Assembly: GCA_002898315.1 (NCBI GenBank)
Contig: BEHV01000005.1
Span: 8,859 to 72,858 of the forward strand
Reading direction: 5' to 3'
Source of the DNA: a bacterium HR19
GTDB lineage: Bacteria; Calescibacteriota; Calescibacteriia; Calescibacteriales; Calescibacteriaceae
DNA length: 64,000 bases
Below the pieces are notes generated by a model that was not told the origin of the DNA, made no database searches, and saw nothing but the letters and a program-made list of their open reading frames with translations. The position numbers were made by a program, and so were the translations under genes. Position 1 is the first letter of the stretch, and each line of letters begins with the position of its first letter. This document shows positions 9,874 through 20,760 of the stretch, one piece after another.

Positions 9874-10950
9874 ATGACTGATATGAACCCCAAAACATTG
9901 GTAAAAGATGGATACGAGCAGAGATTAAGAGAGATGACAAAAAAAGTTCTTGAAGGAGCTGACATAACGAGAGAGGAAGCGATGTTTATCTTGAACTTTC
10001 CGTCAGATAAGATAGAGGTACTTTTTGAGTGTGCGACGATGATAAGAGAGAAGTTCAGAGGGAACAAGATTGACTTTTGTGCGATAGTGAATGCCAAAAG
10101 TGGGCTGTGTCCGGAGGACTGCAAGTTCTGCGCGCAGTCAACAAAATGGAAAACAAAGATACAAAGGTACCCAATTTTGCCTGTTGAAGTTGTCGTTCAA
10201 AAGGCGCGTGAAGCTTATGAGATGGGGGCAACAAAGTTCGGAATAGTCACATCCGGTCGTGGTCCAACAGACAAAGAAGTAGAAATAATATGCGAAATGA
10301 TAAGTGAGATAAGAAAAAAAGTTCCTGGAATAGAGCCAGACGCAACACTCGGAGAACTTACAGAAAAGCAAGCCCAAAAGCTCAAAGATGCAGGTGTATC
10401 TCACTCAAACCACAATATAGAAACATCTCCGAGATACTTCCCGAAAATCTGTCAGACCCATACATATGAAGATAGATTGAGAACAATAAAAATACTAAAA
10501 GAAAACGGAATAGGTGTTTGCTGTGGATGTATATTCGGCATGGGTGAAACAAATGAAGATAGAGTTGATATAGCTTTTGAGTTGAAAAAAATAGATCCCA
10601 AAATAATTCCTATCAACTTCCTCAATCCAAGACCAGGAACTCCGCTTGAGAGTATGCCAGTTATGCGTCCCGACGAAGCTGCAAAGTGTATATCTATGAT
10701 GAGGTTTGTAAATCCATCAAAACAGATAAAGGTTGCGGGAGGAAGAGAAGTCGTGTTCGGAGATAAACAGGATTGGGTGATAAAAGCAGGAGCAGATGAC
10801 CTTATGGTCGGAAACTATCTCACAACTCCGGGGCAAGATTATAGGAAAGATTGGGTTCTTGCTCTATCTTTGAAACTTGAACTCCCAGAACATATAAGAG
10901 AAAAAGCCCAAGCTGTGTCGGTTAATCTGTTGCAAAGCATAACAAGATAA
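9874..10950 (+). CDS. bioB: biotin synthase
   Basis: NAKSGLCPEDCKFCAQS radical-SAM motif, NHNIET, CCGCIFGMGET, IPINFLNP, GNYLTT. Confidence 0.95.
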   Translation: MTDMNPKTLVKDGYEQRLREMTKKVLEGADITREEAMFILNFPSDKIEVLFECATMIREKFRGNKIDFCAIVNAKSGLCPEDCKFCAQSTKWKTKIQRYPILPVEVVVQKAREAYEMGATKFGIVTSGRGPTDKEVEIICEMISEIRKKVPGIEPDATLGELTEKQAQKLKDAGVSHSNHNIETSPRYFPKICQTHTYEDRLRTIKILKENGIGVCCGCIFGMGETNEDRVDIAFELKKIDPKIIPINFLNPRPGTPLESMPVMRPDEAAKCISMMRFVNPSKQIKVAGGREVVFGDKQDWVIKAGADDLMVGNYLTTPGQDYRKDWVLALSLKLELPEHIREKAQAVSVNLLQSITR

Positions 10951-11053
10951 AAAATCCTTCTCAATCAAAAATTGAATTTGCTAATTAATCTCAATTGCAA
11001 TTTTATCAAATTATCAATATCATCAACTCGCTTTTCTTAAAATTAAAAGATAA

Positions 11054-13195
11054 ATGGAAGAAAAATTTAAATTATCAAAAGAGGAGAAAGACGAGTTGAA
11101 GGCAAAACTCAGAGAAATTGCTTATAACCTGTGGTGGTCATGGAATCCCCCGGCGAAAAAGCTCTTCAAAATGATAGATGAGATAATCTGGAAAGAATCA
11201 AAAGAAAATCCAGTGGTTTTTTTGAAAAATGAGGAAGCAATAGAAAAAGCGCTTGAAAATAAAAAATTTGTAAATACCCTGAACTTCACATATAGCCAGT
11301 TCAAAAAATACCTTGAAAGAATAACAAATTACACAGTTCTTTTCGGAGATAAAAACGTCATATTTTTTTCAGCAGAATATGGGCTTCACCAATCTCTTCT
11401 CATATACGCCGGGGGTCTTGGTTTTTTAAGCGGAGATATACTTAAAGAATCTTCTGACATCGGACTTCCTATGATAGGAATAGGTTTCATGTATCCGCAG
11501 GGATATGTGAGACAGAAGATAAGAGAAGACGGCTGGCAGGAAGATATTTTCCTTAACAATTCAAAAGATGTAATGCCAGCAAAAAAACTTGAAGATGAAA
11601 AAGGAAACTGGTTCAAAATATCAATAGATTATTCACAGGACGAGAGAATTTACTGTGGAATCTGGAAAGTTGAAATTGGTAAAACAACACTCTTCCTCCT
11701 TGATACAAACATAGAGGAAAATTCTCCATGGAATAGAGATATTTCATCTCGCCTTTATGTCTCCGATAAAGAGCTTAAATTGAAACAGCAATTTGTCTTG
11801 GGATTTGGCGGAATAACTCTGCTCAAATCTCTCGGAAAAAAATTAGGAATCCTCCACATAAATGAAGATTATCCTGTTTTTGCTCTTTTGGCTCAGGCGG
11901 TAGAATTTTTCAAAAGCGGAATGTCCCTCAAAGAAGCTCTTGATGCGGTAGGTCAAATCTCTCTCTTTACCACTCATACCCCACTTCAAACAGCAGTAAA
12001 TATCTACCCGTTCTACATGGTGGAAGAACATCTTTACTTCCTCAAAGATTTGGGAATAGACCTCAAAAAAATTCTTGAACTCGGAGTAAATCCTCAAAAC
12101 CCATCAGAAGGATTCAACACAACGGTTATGGGAATGAAAATAGCTAAAAACATCAACGCTGTCAGCAAAAAACATCTTGAAACAACAAAAAGGATATGGA
12201 AACAACTCTTTGATGAGTTTAAAAATGAGGAGAAGAAGATAGATTATGTGACAAATGGAGTGCATGTCCCGTCTTGGCTCTGTGCCTTCATAAGAAAACT
12301 CCTTGATAAATACCTTACCCCTTCATGGATAGACCTCATAGATGACGAAAGAGTGTGGCAGCTTATAGATGATATCCCAGACGAAGAACTCTGGTATGCA
12401 CACATGGAAAACAAAGAGAAAATGATAAATCACATCATTGATAGAGCAAAAGATAGCTGGCTGAAAGATAAATCCCATCCAACAGTGATATTGGCAGAAG
12501 GTATATTTCTTGAGCCAGACATACTCACAATATGCTTTGCAAGAAGAATGACAGGATACAAAAGACCGACTCTGATTTTCTCCGACCCGCAGAGATTGAA
12601 AAAGATTCTCGCAAACCCACTAAGACCCGTCCAGATTATATTTGCGGGAAAAGCTCATCCATCAGACCTTGAAGGTAAGAAGGCAATTCAGACAATATTT
12701 TCATTTGCGAAAAACCCAGATTTTGAGGGAAGAATAGCTTTCATAGAAGATTATGATGAAGAATTAGCTCACTACCTTGTGAGAGGAGCTGATGTGTGGC
12801 TTAATAATCCCCTACCCCCTCTTGAAGCCAGCGGAACGAGCGGAATGAAAGCCGGAATAAACGGAGTCCTAAACCTTTCCGTATCAGATGGATGGTGGAC
12901 AGAAGGTTATAACGGAAAAAACGGCTGGATATTTGGACAAGAAAACCCAGAAATCCCAAGAGAAGAGATAGATAAAAGACACGCAGAAGAAATATATAGC
13001 ATAATTGAAAACGAAATAGCCCCGCTCTACTATGAAAGAGATGAAAGAGGAATTCCAGTAAGATGGGTCAGGAAAATGAAAGAATCAATAAAGTCAATTC
13101 TACCAAAGTTCTCATCAAGAAGAATGCTCAAAGAATATATAGAAAAATTCTACATCAGCATGCTGAAAGCAGATTTACAAAAAAAGAATAAGTAG
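11054..13195 (+). CDS. glgP: alpha-glucan (glycogen) phosphorylase
   Basis: NLWWSW, YAGGLGFLSGD, FARRMTGYKR, PLP site EASGTSGMK, DGWW. Confidence 0.93.
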   Translation: MEEKFKLSKEEKDELKAKLREIAYNLWWSWNPPAKKLFKMIDEIIWKESKENPVVFLKNEEAIEKALENKKFVNTLNFTYSQFKKYLERITNYTVLFGDKNVIFFSAEYGLHQSLLIYAGGLGFLSGDILKESSDIGLPMIGIGFMYPQGYVRQKIREDGWQEDIFLNNSKDVMPAKKLEDEKGNWFKISIDYSQDERIYCGIWKVEIGKTTLFLLDTNIEENSPWNRDISSRLYVSDKELKLKQQFVLGFGGITLLKSLGKKLGILHINEDYPVFALLAQAVEFFKSGMSLKEALDAVGQISLFTTHTPLQTAVNIYPFYMVEEHLYFLKDLGIDLKKILELGVNPQNPSEGFNTTVMGMKIAKNINAVSKKHLETTKRIWKQLFDEFKNEEKKIDYVTNGVHVPSWLCAFIRKLLDKYLTPSWIDLIDDERVWQLIDDIPDEELWYAHMENKEKMINHIIDRAKDSWLKDKSHPTVILAEGIFLEPDILTICFARRMTGYKRPTLIFSDPQRLKKILANPLRPVQIIFAGKAHPSDLEGKKAIQTIFSFAKNPDFEGRIAFIEDYDEELAHYLVRGADVWLNNPLPPLEASGTSGMKAGINGVLNLSVSDGWWTEGYNGKNGWIFGQENPEIPREEIDKRHAEEIYSIIENEIAPLYYERDERGIPVRWVRKMKESIKSILPKFSSRRMLKEYIEKFYISMLKADLQKKNK

Positions 13196-13200
13196 AAGAA

Positions 13201-14649
13201 ATGAAAACACCCATGAGAGAAAAAAAGCTTTATCTTCTCCTCTGGTGGCACATGCATCAGCCACTTTACATCAACCCAAAATCAAAAACCTTTGAACTCC
13301 CTTGGACTCTGCTTCACTCAATAAAAGATTATCTTGACATGCTCAAATTTGCAGAAAAATTTGATATAAAAGTCAATTTCAATCTAACTCCTGTCCTTCT
13401 TGATCAGATAGAAAAGTATCCAGATATAATAGATGGCAAAAGCGAAATAAAATGCAGATTGATTGAAATTATCAAAAATCCAGATGGGAACCAGAACTCA
13501 GATTTTCTGAAAAGTTTGATAAAAGTCCTTTCTCCGCTTCTTTCTGCAAAGGTTCAAGATAAAATCAAGAGAGCAAAAAGCGAGAGAGACATCGCATTGC
13601 TTTACACTCTTTCTTGGTGTGGAAACATACTATCAGAAAGCAAAACAATAAAAACACTTGAAGAAAGAGAAAATAATTTCGGAGAAGGCGATGTTATATC
13701 TTTTCTCAAAGAAATAAGAAAGCATATATTGAAGATAATACCAAGCTATAAAAAGGCAAAAGATAGCGGAAAGATAGGGCTATCTACATCTCCTTATTAC
13801 CACCCTATAACTCCGCTTTTACTTGATATTGAATCCGCACGAGAATCGGTTCCAAACATCTCTCTCCCAGATATAGATAGGTTCTTATTTGAAAAAGACG
13901 CGCTAAAGCATATAAAAAAGTCGGTAGAAAGATTTGAAAATATATTCGGTGAGAAACCTTTTTCTTTCTGGCCATCGGAAGGAGCTGTGAGCAACAAATT
14001 CCTTGAAATCGCCAGCAAATACATCAAAGTTGTCGCAACAGATGAAAAGGTCTTCTTCAACTCAACAAAAGAACAGAGAAGAGAAAAAATATATTCAAGG
14101 TTCATTTTCAGAGATAGAATCTTTGTGCTTTTCAGAGATTCCGAACTCAGCGACCTCATAAGCTTTGTCTACCACAGCTGGGACCAAAAAAAAGCAGTAG
14201 AGGACTTCATCTCTCATCTCAAAAAAATATACGATAGCGTAAATTTTTCTCCAATTGTATCTGTAATACTTGATGGAGAAAACTGTTGGGAATACTACCC
14301 CCAAAACGGAAAGATTTTCCTTGAAAACCTCTACTCAACAATAGAGAAAGAAAAATGGATAGAAACAGTAAAGCTTGATGAGATAGAATACCTTGAAAAC
14401 AACCCCATAATATCTATAGATTATGTGAAGGCGGGAAGCTGGATAGATGGAACATTCCTAAAATGGATAGGTAATGAAAAGAAAAATAGATACTGGGAAG
14501 AACTTGGAAGAGCAAAGATGGAAAAAGGATATGAAAATGAGAGCGTTCTTCCAGCTGAGGGGAGCGACTGGTTCTGGTGGCAAGGTGAAAACGAAAATAT
14601 GGAGTTCATAGAAACATTTGACAAACTTTTCAGGTCTTTTCTCGTATGA
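13201..14649 (+). CDS. glycoside hydrolase family 57 (amylopullulanase-like)
   Basis: WHMHQP, PYYHPI, WPSEGAVS, ILDGENCWE, AEGSDWFWW. Confidence 0.9.
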   Translation: MKTPMREKKLYLLLWWHMHQPLYINPKSKTFELPWTLLHSIKDYLDMLKFAEKFDIKVNFNLTPVLLDQIEKYPDIIDGKSEIKCRLIEIIKNPDGNQNSDFLKSLIKVLSPLLSAKVQDKIKRAKSERDIALLYTLSWCGNILSESKTIKTLEERENNFGEGDVISFLKEIRKHILKIIPSYKKAKDSGKIGLSTSPYYHPITPLLLDIESARESVPNISLPDIDRFLFEKDALKHIKKSVERFENIFGEKPFSFWPSEGAVSNKFLEIASKYIKVVATDEKVFFNSTKEQRREKIYSRFIFRDRIFVLFRDSELSDLISFVYHSWDQKKAVEDFISHLKKIYDSVNFSPIVSVILDGENCWEYYPQNGKIFLENLYSTIEKEKWIETVKLDEIEYLENNPIISIDYVKAGSWIDGTFLKWIGNEKKNRYWEELGRAKMEKGYENESVLPAEGSDWFWWQGENENMEFIETFDKLFRSFLV

Positions 14650-14990
14650 ATGAAAAATTTACAAATCTTGTATCTCAATTGAAAAACACTTCACGTAGAG
14701 ATTTCCGTGCATTTTCACTTATATCTATCTCGCTTCTACTCACAAGTTCTTTGATGCTCTTTGCTTTCCAGATATCAAAATTATCCCCACTACCCTACCT
14801 TTCCCAGAGAATTGAAGATGATGTAAAAGCTATGAAAAAAGCGTACGATGACTGCAAAAAAGGATACGGAGAAAAATTTTCCAGGAAAACCATCATACAG
14901 ATAGAACTCTCTCCCCCTGAAACCAAAACCAACATAAAAAGAAAATTCATTTTAGACCGAGATTGCAAAATTATCTTCACAGTATGGTGA
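14646..14990 (+). CDS. hypothetical membrane-anchored protein
   Basis: ATGA overlap with GH57 stop; one hydrophobic segment; no recognised motif. Confidence 0.5.
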   Translation: MNEKFTNLVSQLKNTSRRDFRAFSLISISLLLTSSLMLFAFQISKLSPLPYLSQRIEDDVKAMKKAYDDCKKGYGEKFSRKTIIQIELSPPETKTNIKRKFILDRDCKIIFTVW

Positions 14991-15040
14991 TGCCCAAAAC
15001 CATAAAGCCACTACTTTAAGAATTATTAAAATAAAAATAG

Positions 15041-16966
15041 ATGACAGAAAAAGATATAGCTAAACTCAGAAAATTTTCAAGATTCGTCTTCCCTTTTGAC
15101 TTCCCGAGAAAAGAAGAAGAAATAGAAACGGTTGAGAAGCAAACACAGATTCTCCTACATGTTTTAAAAAAAGGAGACGAGAAAAAAAGAAATATAATTC
15201 AGATGTGCCTCTACTTTCTTGACATATACTCATTTTTCTCAGAAGGAGGCGACTTTCTTTCTCTTGATGATTACCGAACTCAAAGAGTGATACTCAGAAT
15301 GTCAAAATCAGAAAAAAAAATAGTTCAGAACATCTTCAGAATTTTGAGATTCATCTCAACTTCTTCTTTCTGGGACGCTTTTGGAAATCAAAAAGTCGGC
15401 TTTTCATTTGATGAAAAACCAATAATCTACGATATTCCAAAAATAGAGTGGGAGTTCCCTCCTGAACCAGAGGAAGTAAAATTTGAAGGAGCAGGAGAAA
15501 TAAAGTGGGATATAGAAAGAATAAGGTTGGGAAAATTTATAAGAAGAGATATCAGGATAGTTTCTGATGTTATAATAGTTGGGTCTGGAATATCTGCATG
15601 CATGATTGCCGAAAGATTAGCAAGAGAAGATATTTCTGTTTCAGTTCTTGAGAAAGGTTACTTTCAAGACGCCGATTTACCATCTATATACCTTGCACAG
15701 AGTACAGAAATGCTCTCCCTATTTCCTGTTTCTGGTCTGACAAACGCAAACGCTCTGTTCGGAAGAGGTGTTGGAGGGCTTGCTAATTTATCTTTCTCAA
15801 TCTTTGAAAGAATAGGAGACAAAACGAAAGAGAAATGGAGAAAATATCACGGCATATCAACGAAGGACATAATGTTTGATGATGCAGTTGAAATCGCAGA
15901 AAAAATAATAAACTCAAGAGCAAAGGGAGAAAATCACTCAAAAAGCAATGTGATAGAAAAAATATCAAACTACCTCAATTTGCCACATAAAAATTTCAGA
16001 AAACTTGAAGGAGATAAAATCAACCTGATAACAGGAGAGAAAATCCTTCCACTTGAAAAATTTGTAAAGTATGCTGTGCATTTTGGAGCAAATTTATATC
16101 TCGGCTTTGAAGTGGAAAGGATTTACAGGAATAGAAAGTGGTTTCTTGAAGGAAAAGTGAAAGATGAGTTTGGAAATATAAAAGCAAACTTTCTCGCGGA
16201 AGCGAAGGCGGTTTTCCTATGCGCTGGACCGTACGGCAATACAAAAATTCTTATGAACTCAAACTTCAAGGAAAAAACACTTGGAAAAAGAGTTAAAATA
16301 AATCCAGCTGGAATTGTCATAGGTATCTTCAACTCCCCACAAAACCAGATAGATTCATCAAACTATGTTGAATTTGAAAAGGAAGAGGTAATGGCGAAGG
16401 AAGTGAGATTTGCCCCGGGTATATGGTCGGCACTAAAACCACAAGCAGAAGGAAAAGAGCTTGTATCAGTATCAAAAAAATATCCCTTTGCTAAAACAAT
16501 ACTTTTTTGGTTCAGAGAAGAAGGAGAGTCGTTTTTTGTAAAGACCCCTTTTGGTCTGGTCCTGCGCTCAAACTTAAAAGGAGAAGATATCGCAAAATTC
16601 ATCTTTGCTGTAAAGGAGTTGTCTCTCGCACTCATTTTCAGCGGAGCGAGAGAGGTAATACACCCCATAAGAAATATTCCATCTTTTGAAAAAGTTGAAG
16701 ATGTGGAGAATTTGAGCATAGAAAAAATAAAACCTTCCTATATTGAGATGATAAGCTTGTTTCCAGTAGGCGGATGTTCAATGAGTTTCACATCAGAAAA
16801 AGGTCTTGTAGATTCTACCGGAAGGGTCTTTGGAGAAAAATCTCTCTTTGTGTGTGATACAAGTGCCCTTCCTGATTCTACGGAGGTTCCACCTATGCTC
16901 TCATCATCAGCCGTTGCCCAAATATGTGTGAGCTCATTTTTAGAAAGAAAAAGATTTATCCTTTAA
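15041..16966 (+). CDS. GMC oxidoreductase family protein (divergent)
   Basis: DVIIVGSG...VLEKG FAD fold, GRGVGG, FLCAGPYGNTKIL, GLVD..GRV, VCDTSALP. Confidence 0.72.
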   Translation: MTEKDIAKLRKFSRFVFPFDFPRKEEEIETVEKQTQILLHVLKKGDEKKRNIIQMCLYFLDIYSFFSEGGDFLSLDDYRTQRVILRMSKSEKKIVQNIFRILRFISTSSFWDAFGNQKVGFSFDEKPIIYDIPKIEWEFPPEPEEVKFEGAGEIKWDIERIRLGKFIRRDIRIVSDVIIVGSGISACMIAERLAREDISVSVLEKGYFQDADLPSIYLAQSTEMLSLFPVSGLTNANALFGRGVGGLANLSFSIFERIGDKTKEKWRKYHGISTKDIMFDDAVEIAEKIINSRAKGENHSKSNVIEKISNYLNLPHKNFRKLEGDKINLITGEKILPLEKFVKYAVHFGANLYLGFEVERIYRNRKWFLEGKVKDEFGNIKANFLAEAKAVFLCAGPYGNTKILMNSNFKEKTLGKRVKINPAGIVIGIFNSPQNQIDSSNYVEFEKEEVMAKEVRFAPGIWSALKPQAEGKELVSVSKKYPFAKTILFWFREEGESFFVKTPFGLVLRSNLKGEDIAKFIFAVKELSLALIFSGAREVIHPIRNIPSFEKVEDVENLSIEKIKPSYIEMISLFPVGGCSMSFTSEKGLVDSTGRVFGEKSLFVCDTSALPDSTEVPPMLSSSAVAQICVSSFLERKRFIL

Positions 16967-16975
16967 AAAAAAGAT

Positions 16976-17863
16976 ATGGTGAAGTCAAAAGAAAAGGAAG
17001 AGGAAAAAAATAAATCCAGCAATCAGGCAATATACATAACTATAAGCGAAGATAATATAGAAATTTCGGAGAAAAAACCGGATTTAGAAAACGAAAAAAG
17101 ATATATAGTTCTTGACTTCCAATCAGGTGAGAGAAAAGTTTTTCTTATAACTGATGAGCAACTTATCATCAAAAAAATCAGAGAGAAGATGCCAGAGATA
17201 TTTCTTGAAGAAAAATACGAAGGGATGAAGGAGATGCTTCTTTTCCTCACGCATGAAATAAAAAACCCCCTCTTTGCGCTTACAACCCGAATAATCTCTC
17301 TTGATATTGATAAAGAAAAGATGAAGCCGATAAAATCACTTCTTGATAGAGTAAACTCTATCTTTGACAACATAACAATATTCATAAAAGGGAAAACAGC
17401 AAACTTGAAAAAAGAAAATGTAGAATCAATAATTGAAGAATCAATAAAAGAAATAGAGGAGATAAAAGATGAAACATTCAGTTATGACTTTGAGATAAAA
17501 AGAGAATACCGCTCTGATAAAATTTTCATAAAAGGCGATAGATTCCTTTTGAAAAGAGCTTTTCTCAATATAATAATGAACTCAGCAGAAAGCCTTGAAA
17601 AATCCAAGAACAAAGTCATCGAGGTGAAAACTTACGATGAAGGAAACTTTATAAAATGTGAATTTTCAGATACAGGTTGCGGCATACCAGAAAACATAAA
17701 ACAGAAAATATTTATACCGTTTTTCACAACAAAAACAAAAGGTATGGGACTTGGAATGAGCACAGTGAAAAAAATAATTGAACTCCACAACGGAAAAATA
17801 GATGTTGAATCAGAAGAAGGAAAAGGAACAAAAGTAACAATCTTACTCCCATCATACGAATAA
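16976..17863 (+). CDS. cytoplasmic sensor histidine kinase (HisKA + HATPase)
   Basis: HEIKNPL H-box, NIIMNSAE N-box, DTGCGI, PFFTTK, GMGLGM; no TM segment. Confidence 0.9.
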   Translation: MVKSKEKEEEKNKSSNQAIYITISEDNIEISEKKPDLENEKRYIVLDFQSGERKVFLITDEQLIIKKIREKMPEIFLEEKYEGMKEMLLFLTHEIKNPLFALTTRIISLDIDKEKMKPIKSLLDRVNSIFDNITIFIKGKTANLKKENVESIIEESIKEIEEIKDETFSYDFEIKREYRSDKIFIKGDRFLLKRAFLNIIMNSAESLEKSKNKVIEVKTYDEGNFIKCEFSDTGCGIPENIKQKIFIPFFTTKTKGMGLGMSTVKKIIELHNGKIDVESEEGKGTKVTILLPSYE

Positions 17864-18018
17864 AAAAAGAATTCCAGAAAATCTCAGAAGAAAGCAAATT
17901 CTAAAACCCTTATGTGAAAATAAAAAGTGTAAATCTAAACTTTTCGTTTTTACGAAAAACAGAACATCAAGATATAAAAATGAAATAAATATTAAAGAAT
18001 GTAAGGAGGTTCAAAACC

Positions 18019-19602
18019 ATGGGACAAAAAATGAGGGAACTTGTAGAAGAACTTCATAAGATAAGAGCGGAAATCAAAAAGATGGGTGGTGAAGAAAAAA
18101 TAAAAAAACAGCACGAAAGAGGAAAACTCACAGTAAGAGAAAGAATAGACCTTCTCTTTGATAAAGATAGCTTTTTTGAAATCGGGATCTTGGGGACCGA
18201 ACCGGGACCAGAAAGAACGCCAGCAGATGGAGTCGTGACCGGGTTCGGAAAAATAGACAACAGATGGGTAGGTTGCATAGCATACGATTTCACAGTAAAA
18301 GGTGGTTCAATGGGTTTCGTAAACGAACATAAATGTACAAGAATAAGAGAGCTATCTTTGAGATTTAAAATACCTCTCGTATGGCTTATAGATTCCGGTG
18401 GAGCAAGGGTATCCCCAACGGGAGCGGCAGCAATAGGTGGAGGAATAGCCGGTGAGGCGATAGCATTTTTCGCAAACTCCGGATGGCTATTCAAAGAAGA
18501 ATCTCTTATGTCAGGTGTTATACCTCTTGTGTGCGCTCAGATGGGACCCGGCTACGCTGGAACCGCTTATATACCAGGACTTGCAGATGTCGTCTTTATG
18601 GTAAAAGGAACAAGCTCAATGGCTCTTGGCGGACCATCTCTTGTGAGAATGGTAACAGGTGAAGAAATAGATGAGGAAAATTTAGGTGGTTCTAAAATAC
18701 ATACAGAAATTTCTGGTTGTGCAGATAATGAGTATCCAGATGACCCCTCATGTCTAAAAGCGGTGAGAGATTATCTTTCGTATATGCCTTCTTCAAACGA
18801 AGAAAAACCTCCAAGAAAGAAATTTGATGGAGACCCGCTCGCACTCCTACCAGATGCAATACTTGATGTCCTTCCAGATAACCCAAAGCAAGCATACGAT
18901 ATGCACAAAATAATAAATCTCATTGTTGATGATGGTGAGTTCTTTGAGCTGAAACCAAAATGGGCAAGAAACATAATAGTTGGATTCGGAAGAATCGGAG
19001 GATATCCCGTAGGAATAGTAGCTAATAACCCCATGTTTTACGGAGGAGTTCTTGATGTGAATGCCTCCGATAAAGCGGCAAAGTTTATATGGCTCTGCGA
19101 TGCGTTCAATATACCGATAGTGTTCCTCGCAGATGTCCCAGGCTTTATGGTCTCTTCTAAAACAGAAAAAGACGGATTGATAAGACACGGAGCTAAGATG
19201 ATTCACGCAGTAGCAGAAGCATCAGTACCTAAATTCACGGTGATTATAAGAAAAGCTTATGGGGCAGGATACTATGCTATGTGTGGAAAATCCTTTGACC
19301 CAGATATAATAGTCGCCTGGCCAACAGGAGAAATATCTGTAATGGGACCCGAAGGTATGGTCTCTATATTTGCAAAAAAACAGATTGAAAATATGAGTCC
19401 CCAGGAGGCGAGGGAGTTCACTCAACAGATGTCAGAAGCAATAAGACCATATATAGACATCAAAAAACCCGCAGGATGGGCATTTATAGATGATGTTATA
19501 GACCCAAGAGAAACAAGAAGAGTTCTGTTCTGGGCACTAGAACTTACTGAAAAAAAGCAGGTTCTCCGAATGCGAAGAAAACACGGTGTCTATCCGGTCT
19601 GA
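18019..19602 (+). CDS. acyl-CoA carboxylase carboxyltransferase (beta) subunit
   Basis: GKLTVRERI, DFTVKGGS, DSGGAR, DVPGFMV, RKAYGAGYYAM, DDVIDPRETR. Confidence 0.92.
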   Translation: MGQKMRELVEELHKIRAEIKKMGGEEKIKKQHERGKLTVRERIDLLFDKDSFFEIGILGTEPGPERTPADGVVTGFGKIDNRWVGCIAYDFTVKGGSMGFVNEHKCTRIRELSLRFKIPLVWLIDSGGARVSPTGAAAIGGGIAGEAIAFFANSGWLFKEESLMSGVIPLVCAQMGPGYAGTAYIPGLADVVFMVKGTSSMALGGPSLVRMVTGEEIDEENLGGSKIHTEISGCADNEYPDDPSCLKAVRDYLSYMPSSNEEKPPRKKFDGDPLALLPDAILDVLPDNPKQAYDMHKIINLIVDDGEFFELKPKWARNIIVGFGRIGGYPVGIVANNPMFYGGVLDVNASDKAAKFIWLCDAFNIPIVFLADVPGFMVSSKTEKDGLIRHGAKMIHAVAEASVPKFTVIIRKAYGAGYYAMCGKSFDPDIIVAWPTGEISVMGPEGMVSIFAKKQIENMSPQEAREFTQQMSEAIRPYIDIKKPAGWAFIDDVIDPRETRRVLFWALELTEKKQVLRMRRKHGVYPV

Positions 19603-19614
19603 TAAATCAAAACC

Positions 19615-20670
19615 CTACTTCTTCTCTTTCGCTCTTATAGCTTGTATTTCTGTGAGAAGCTGAGTGAGGAGCCACGAAGGATAGAGTTTGTCTTTCAGTG
19701 GAACCCACACCCTTTCTCTAAATAGATTCTCCGCTCTTTCTACATCATCTGGTGGCAGAGATATTTTTGAAATACCTTTCTTTTCAAGCATAGCAATTGT
19801 TCTAGAATCTGCCTCTCTATTCATCTTTGTTAGGTTATCAAGGTATTTTTTCAAAATCTCTTCAACTTTGCCCTGATGTTGAGGCGGAATTTTTGAGAAT
19901 GAAGGATTAGAAAAAACGATAGCAACAAATGACCAGTTGAGGTGTGGAATTAAGATAAATTTCGCAACATTATCCCACCCCAAAACAGTCAAAGCGTAAG
20001 GAGTATTGTAAAATATTTCTAATGAATCAAGATTCCCTTTAACATCTGCTATCGGTATAGGGAATGGCTTTATTTTAAAATCTTCTGATAAAACTTTGCC
20101 GATGAATTCAGCCATATAGTCGCCTTTCCAAACCCATACCCTTTTGCCCTTCACATCATCTAACCTGCTGATAGGGAAATTAGAGAATATATACACAAAT
20201 CCAAGGTCAGCTATCCACAGAAATTTCATGTTGTAATCACGAGCGATGTTGATAAAAAACTTCTCCATTCTCTTTTTTATGTAATCTACCTCTGCGTAAC
20301 TTTTGAGCAGAAAAGGAAGTTCAAGTATTCTCAAAGGTGGTATAAGGTATGATATTCCGTTTCCTGTAAGTCCTGCGCAATCAATTTTTCCCTCTTTTAC
20401 TTTTTTAGCTAATTCAGGTTCGTCCCCAGCAGCTCCGCCAGTATACCACTCAAATCTCACCTCACCTCCTGTAGCATCGGAGATTTCTTTGCTGGCTTTT
20501 TCTACAAGGGCAGACCAAGGCGAATCCTTAGGAGAAATCGTTGCACATTTTATCACTACCTCGCAAAATCCCTCTCTGTGAGTCAATATGAGAAAAGTAA
20601 AGAAGACAAAAAGTGTGATTTGCCTTTTTAGACCTAATTCCCCATACTTTTTTGTTGATATTCCACTCAT
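19615..20670 (-). CDS. TRAP transporter substrate-binding protein DctP (TatP-like subtype)
   Basis: ATISPKDSPW, GGAAGDE, LTGNGI, LELPFL, VWVWKGD; N-terminal signal. Confidence 0.82.
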   Translation of the reverse strand: MSGISTKKYGELGLKRQITLFVFFTFLILTHREGFCEVVIKCATISPKDSPWSALVEKASKEISDATGGEVRFEWYTGGAAGDEPELAKKVKEGKIDCAGLTGNGISYLIPPLRILELPFLLKSYAEVDYIKKRMEKFFINIARDYNMKFLWIADLGFVYIFSNFPISRLDDVKGKRVWVWKGDYMAEFIGKVLSEDFKIKPFPIPIADVKGNLDSLEIFYNTPYALTVLGWDNVAKFILIPHLNWSFVAIVFSNPSFSKIPPQHQGKVEEILKKYLDNLTKMNREADSRTIAMLEKKGISKISLPPDDVERAENLFRERVWVPLKDKLYPSWLLTQLLTEIQAIRAKEKK

Positions 20671-20726
20671 GTTAGAATTACTCTCCTTTTATATTCAATC
20701 ATGTATCTTCGTTTTGGAGCGAAAAC

Positions 20727-20760
20727 TTTGACCCCGTTTGAAATTCACCCCGTTCAGAAA
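20727..20760. repeat. tandem imperfect repeat TTTGACCCCGTTTGAAA / TTCACCCCGTTCAGAAA
   Basis: ACCCCGTT core at 20731-20738 and 20747-20754 in an AT-rich divergent intergenic region. Confidence 0.4.
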
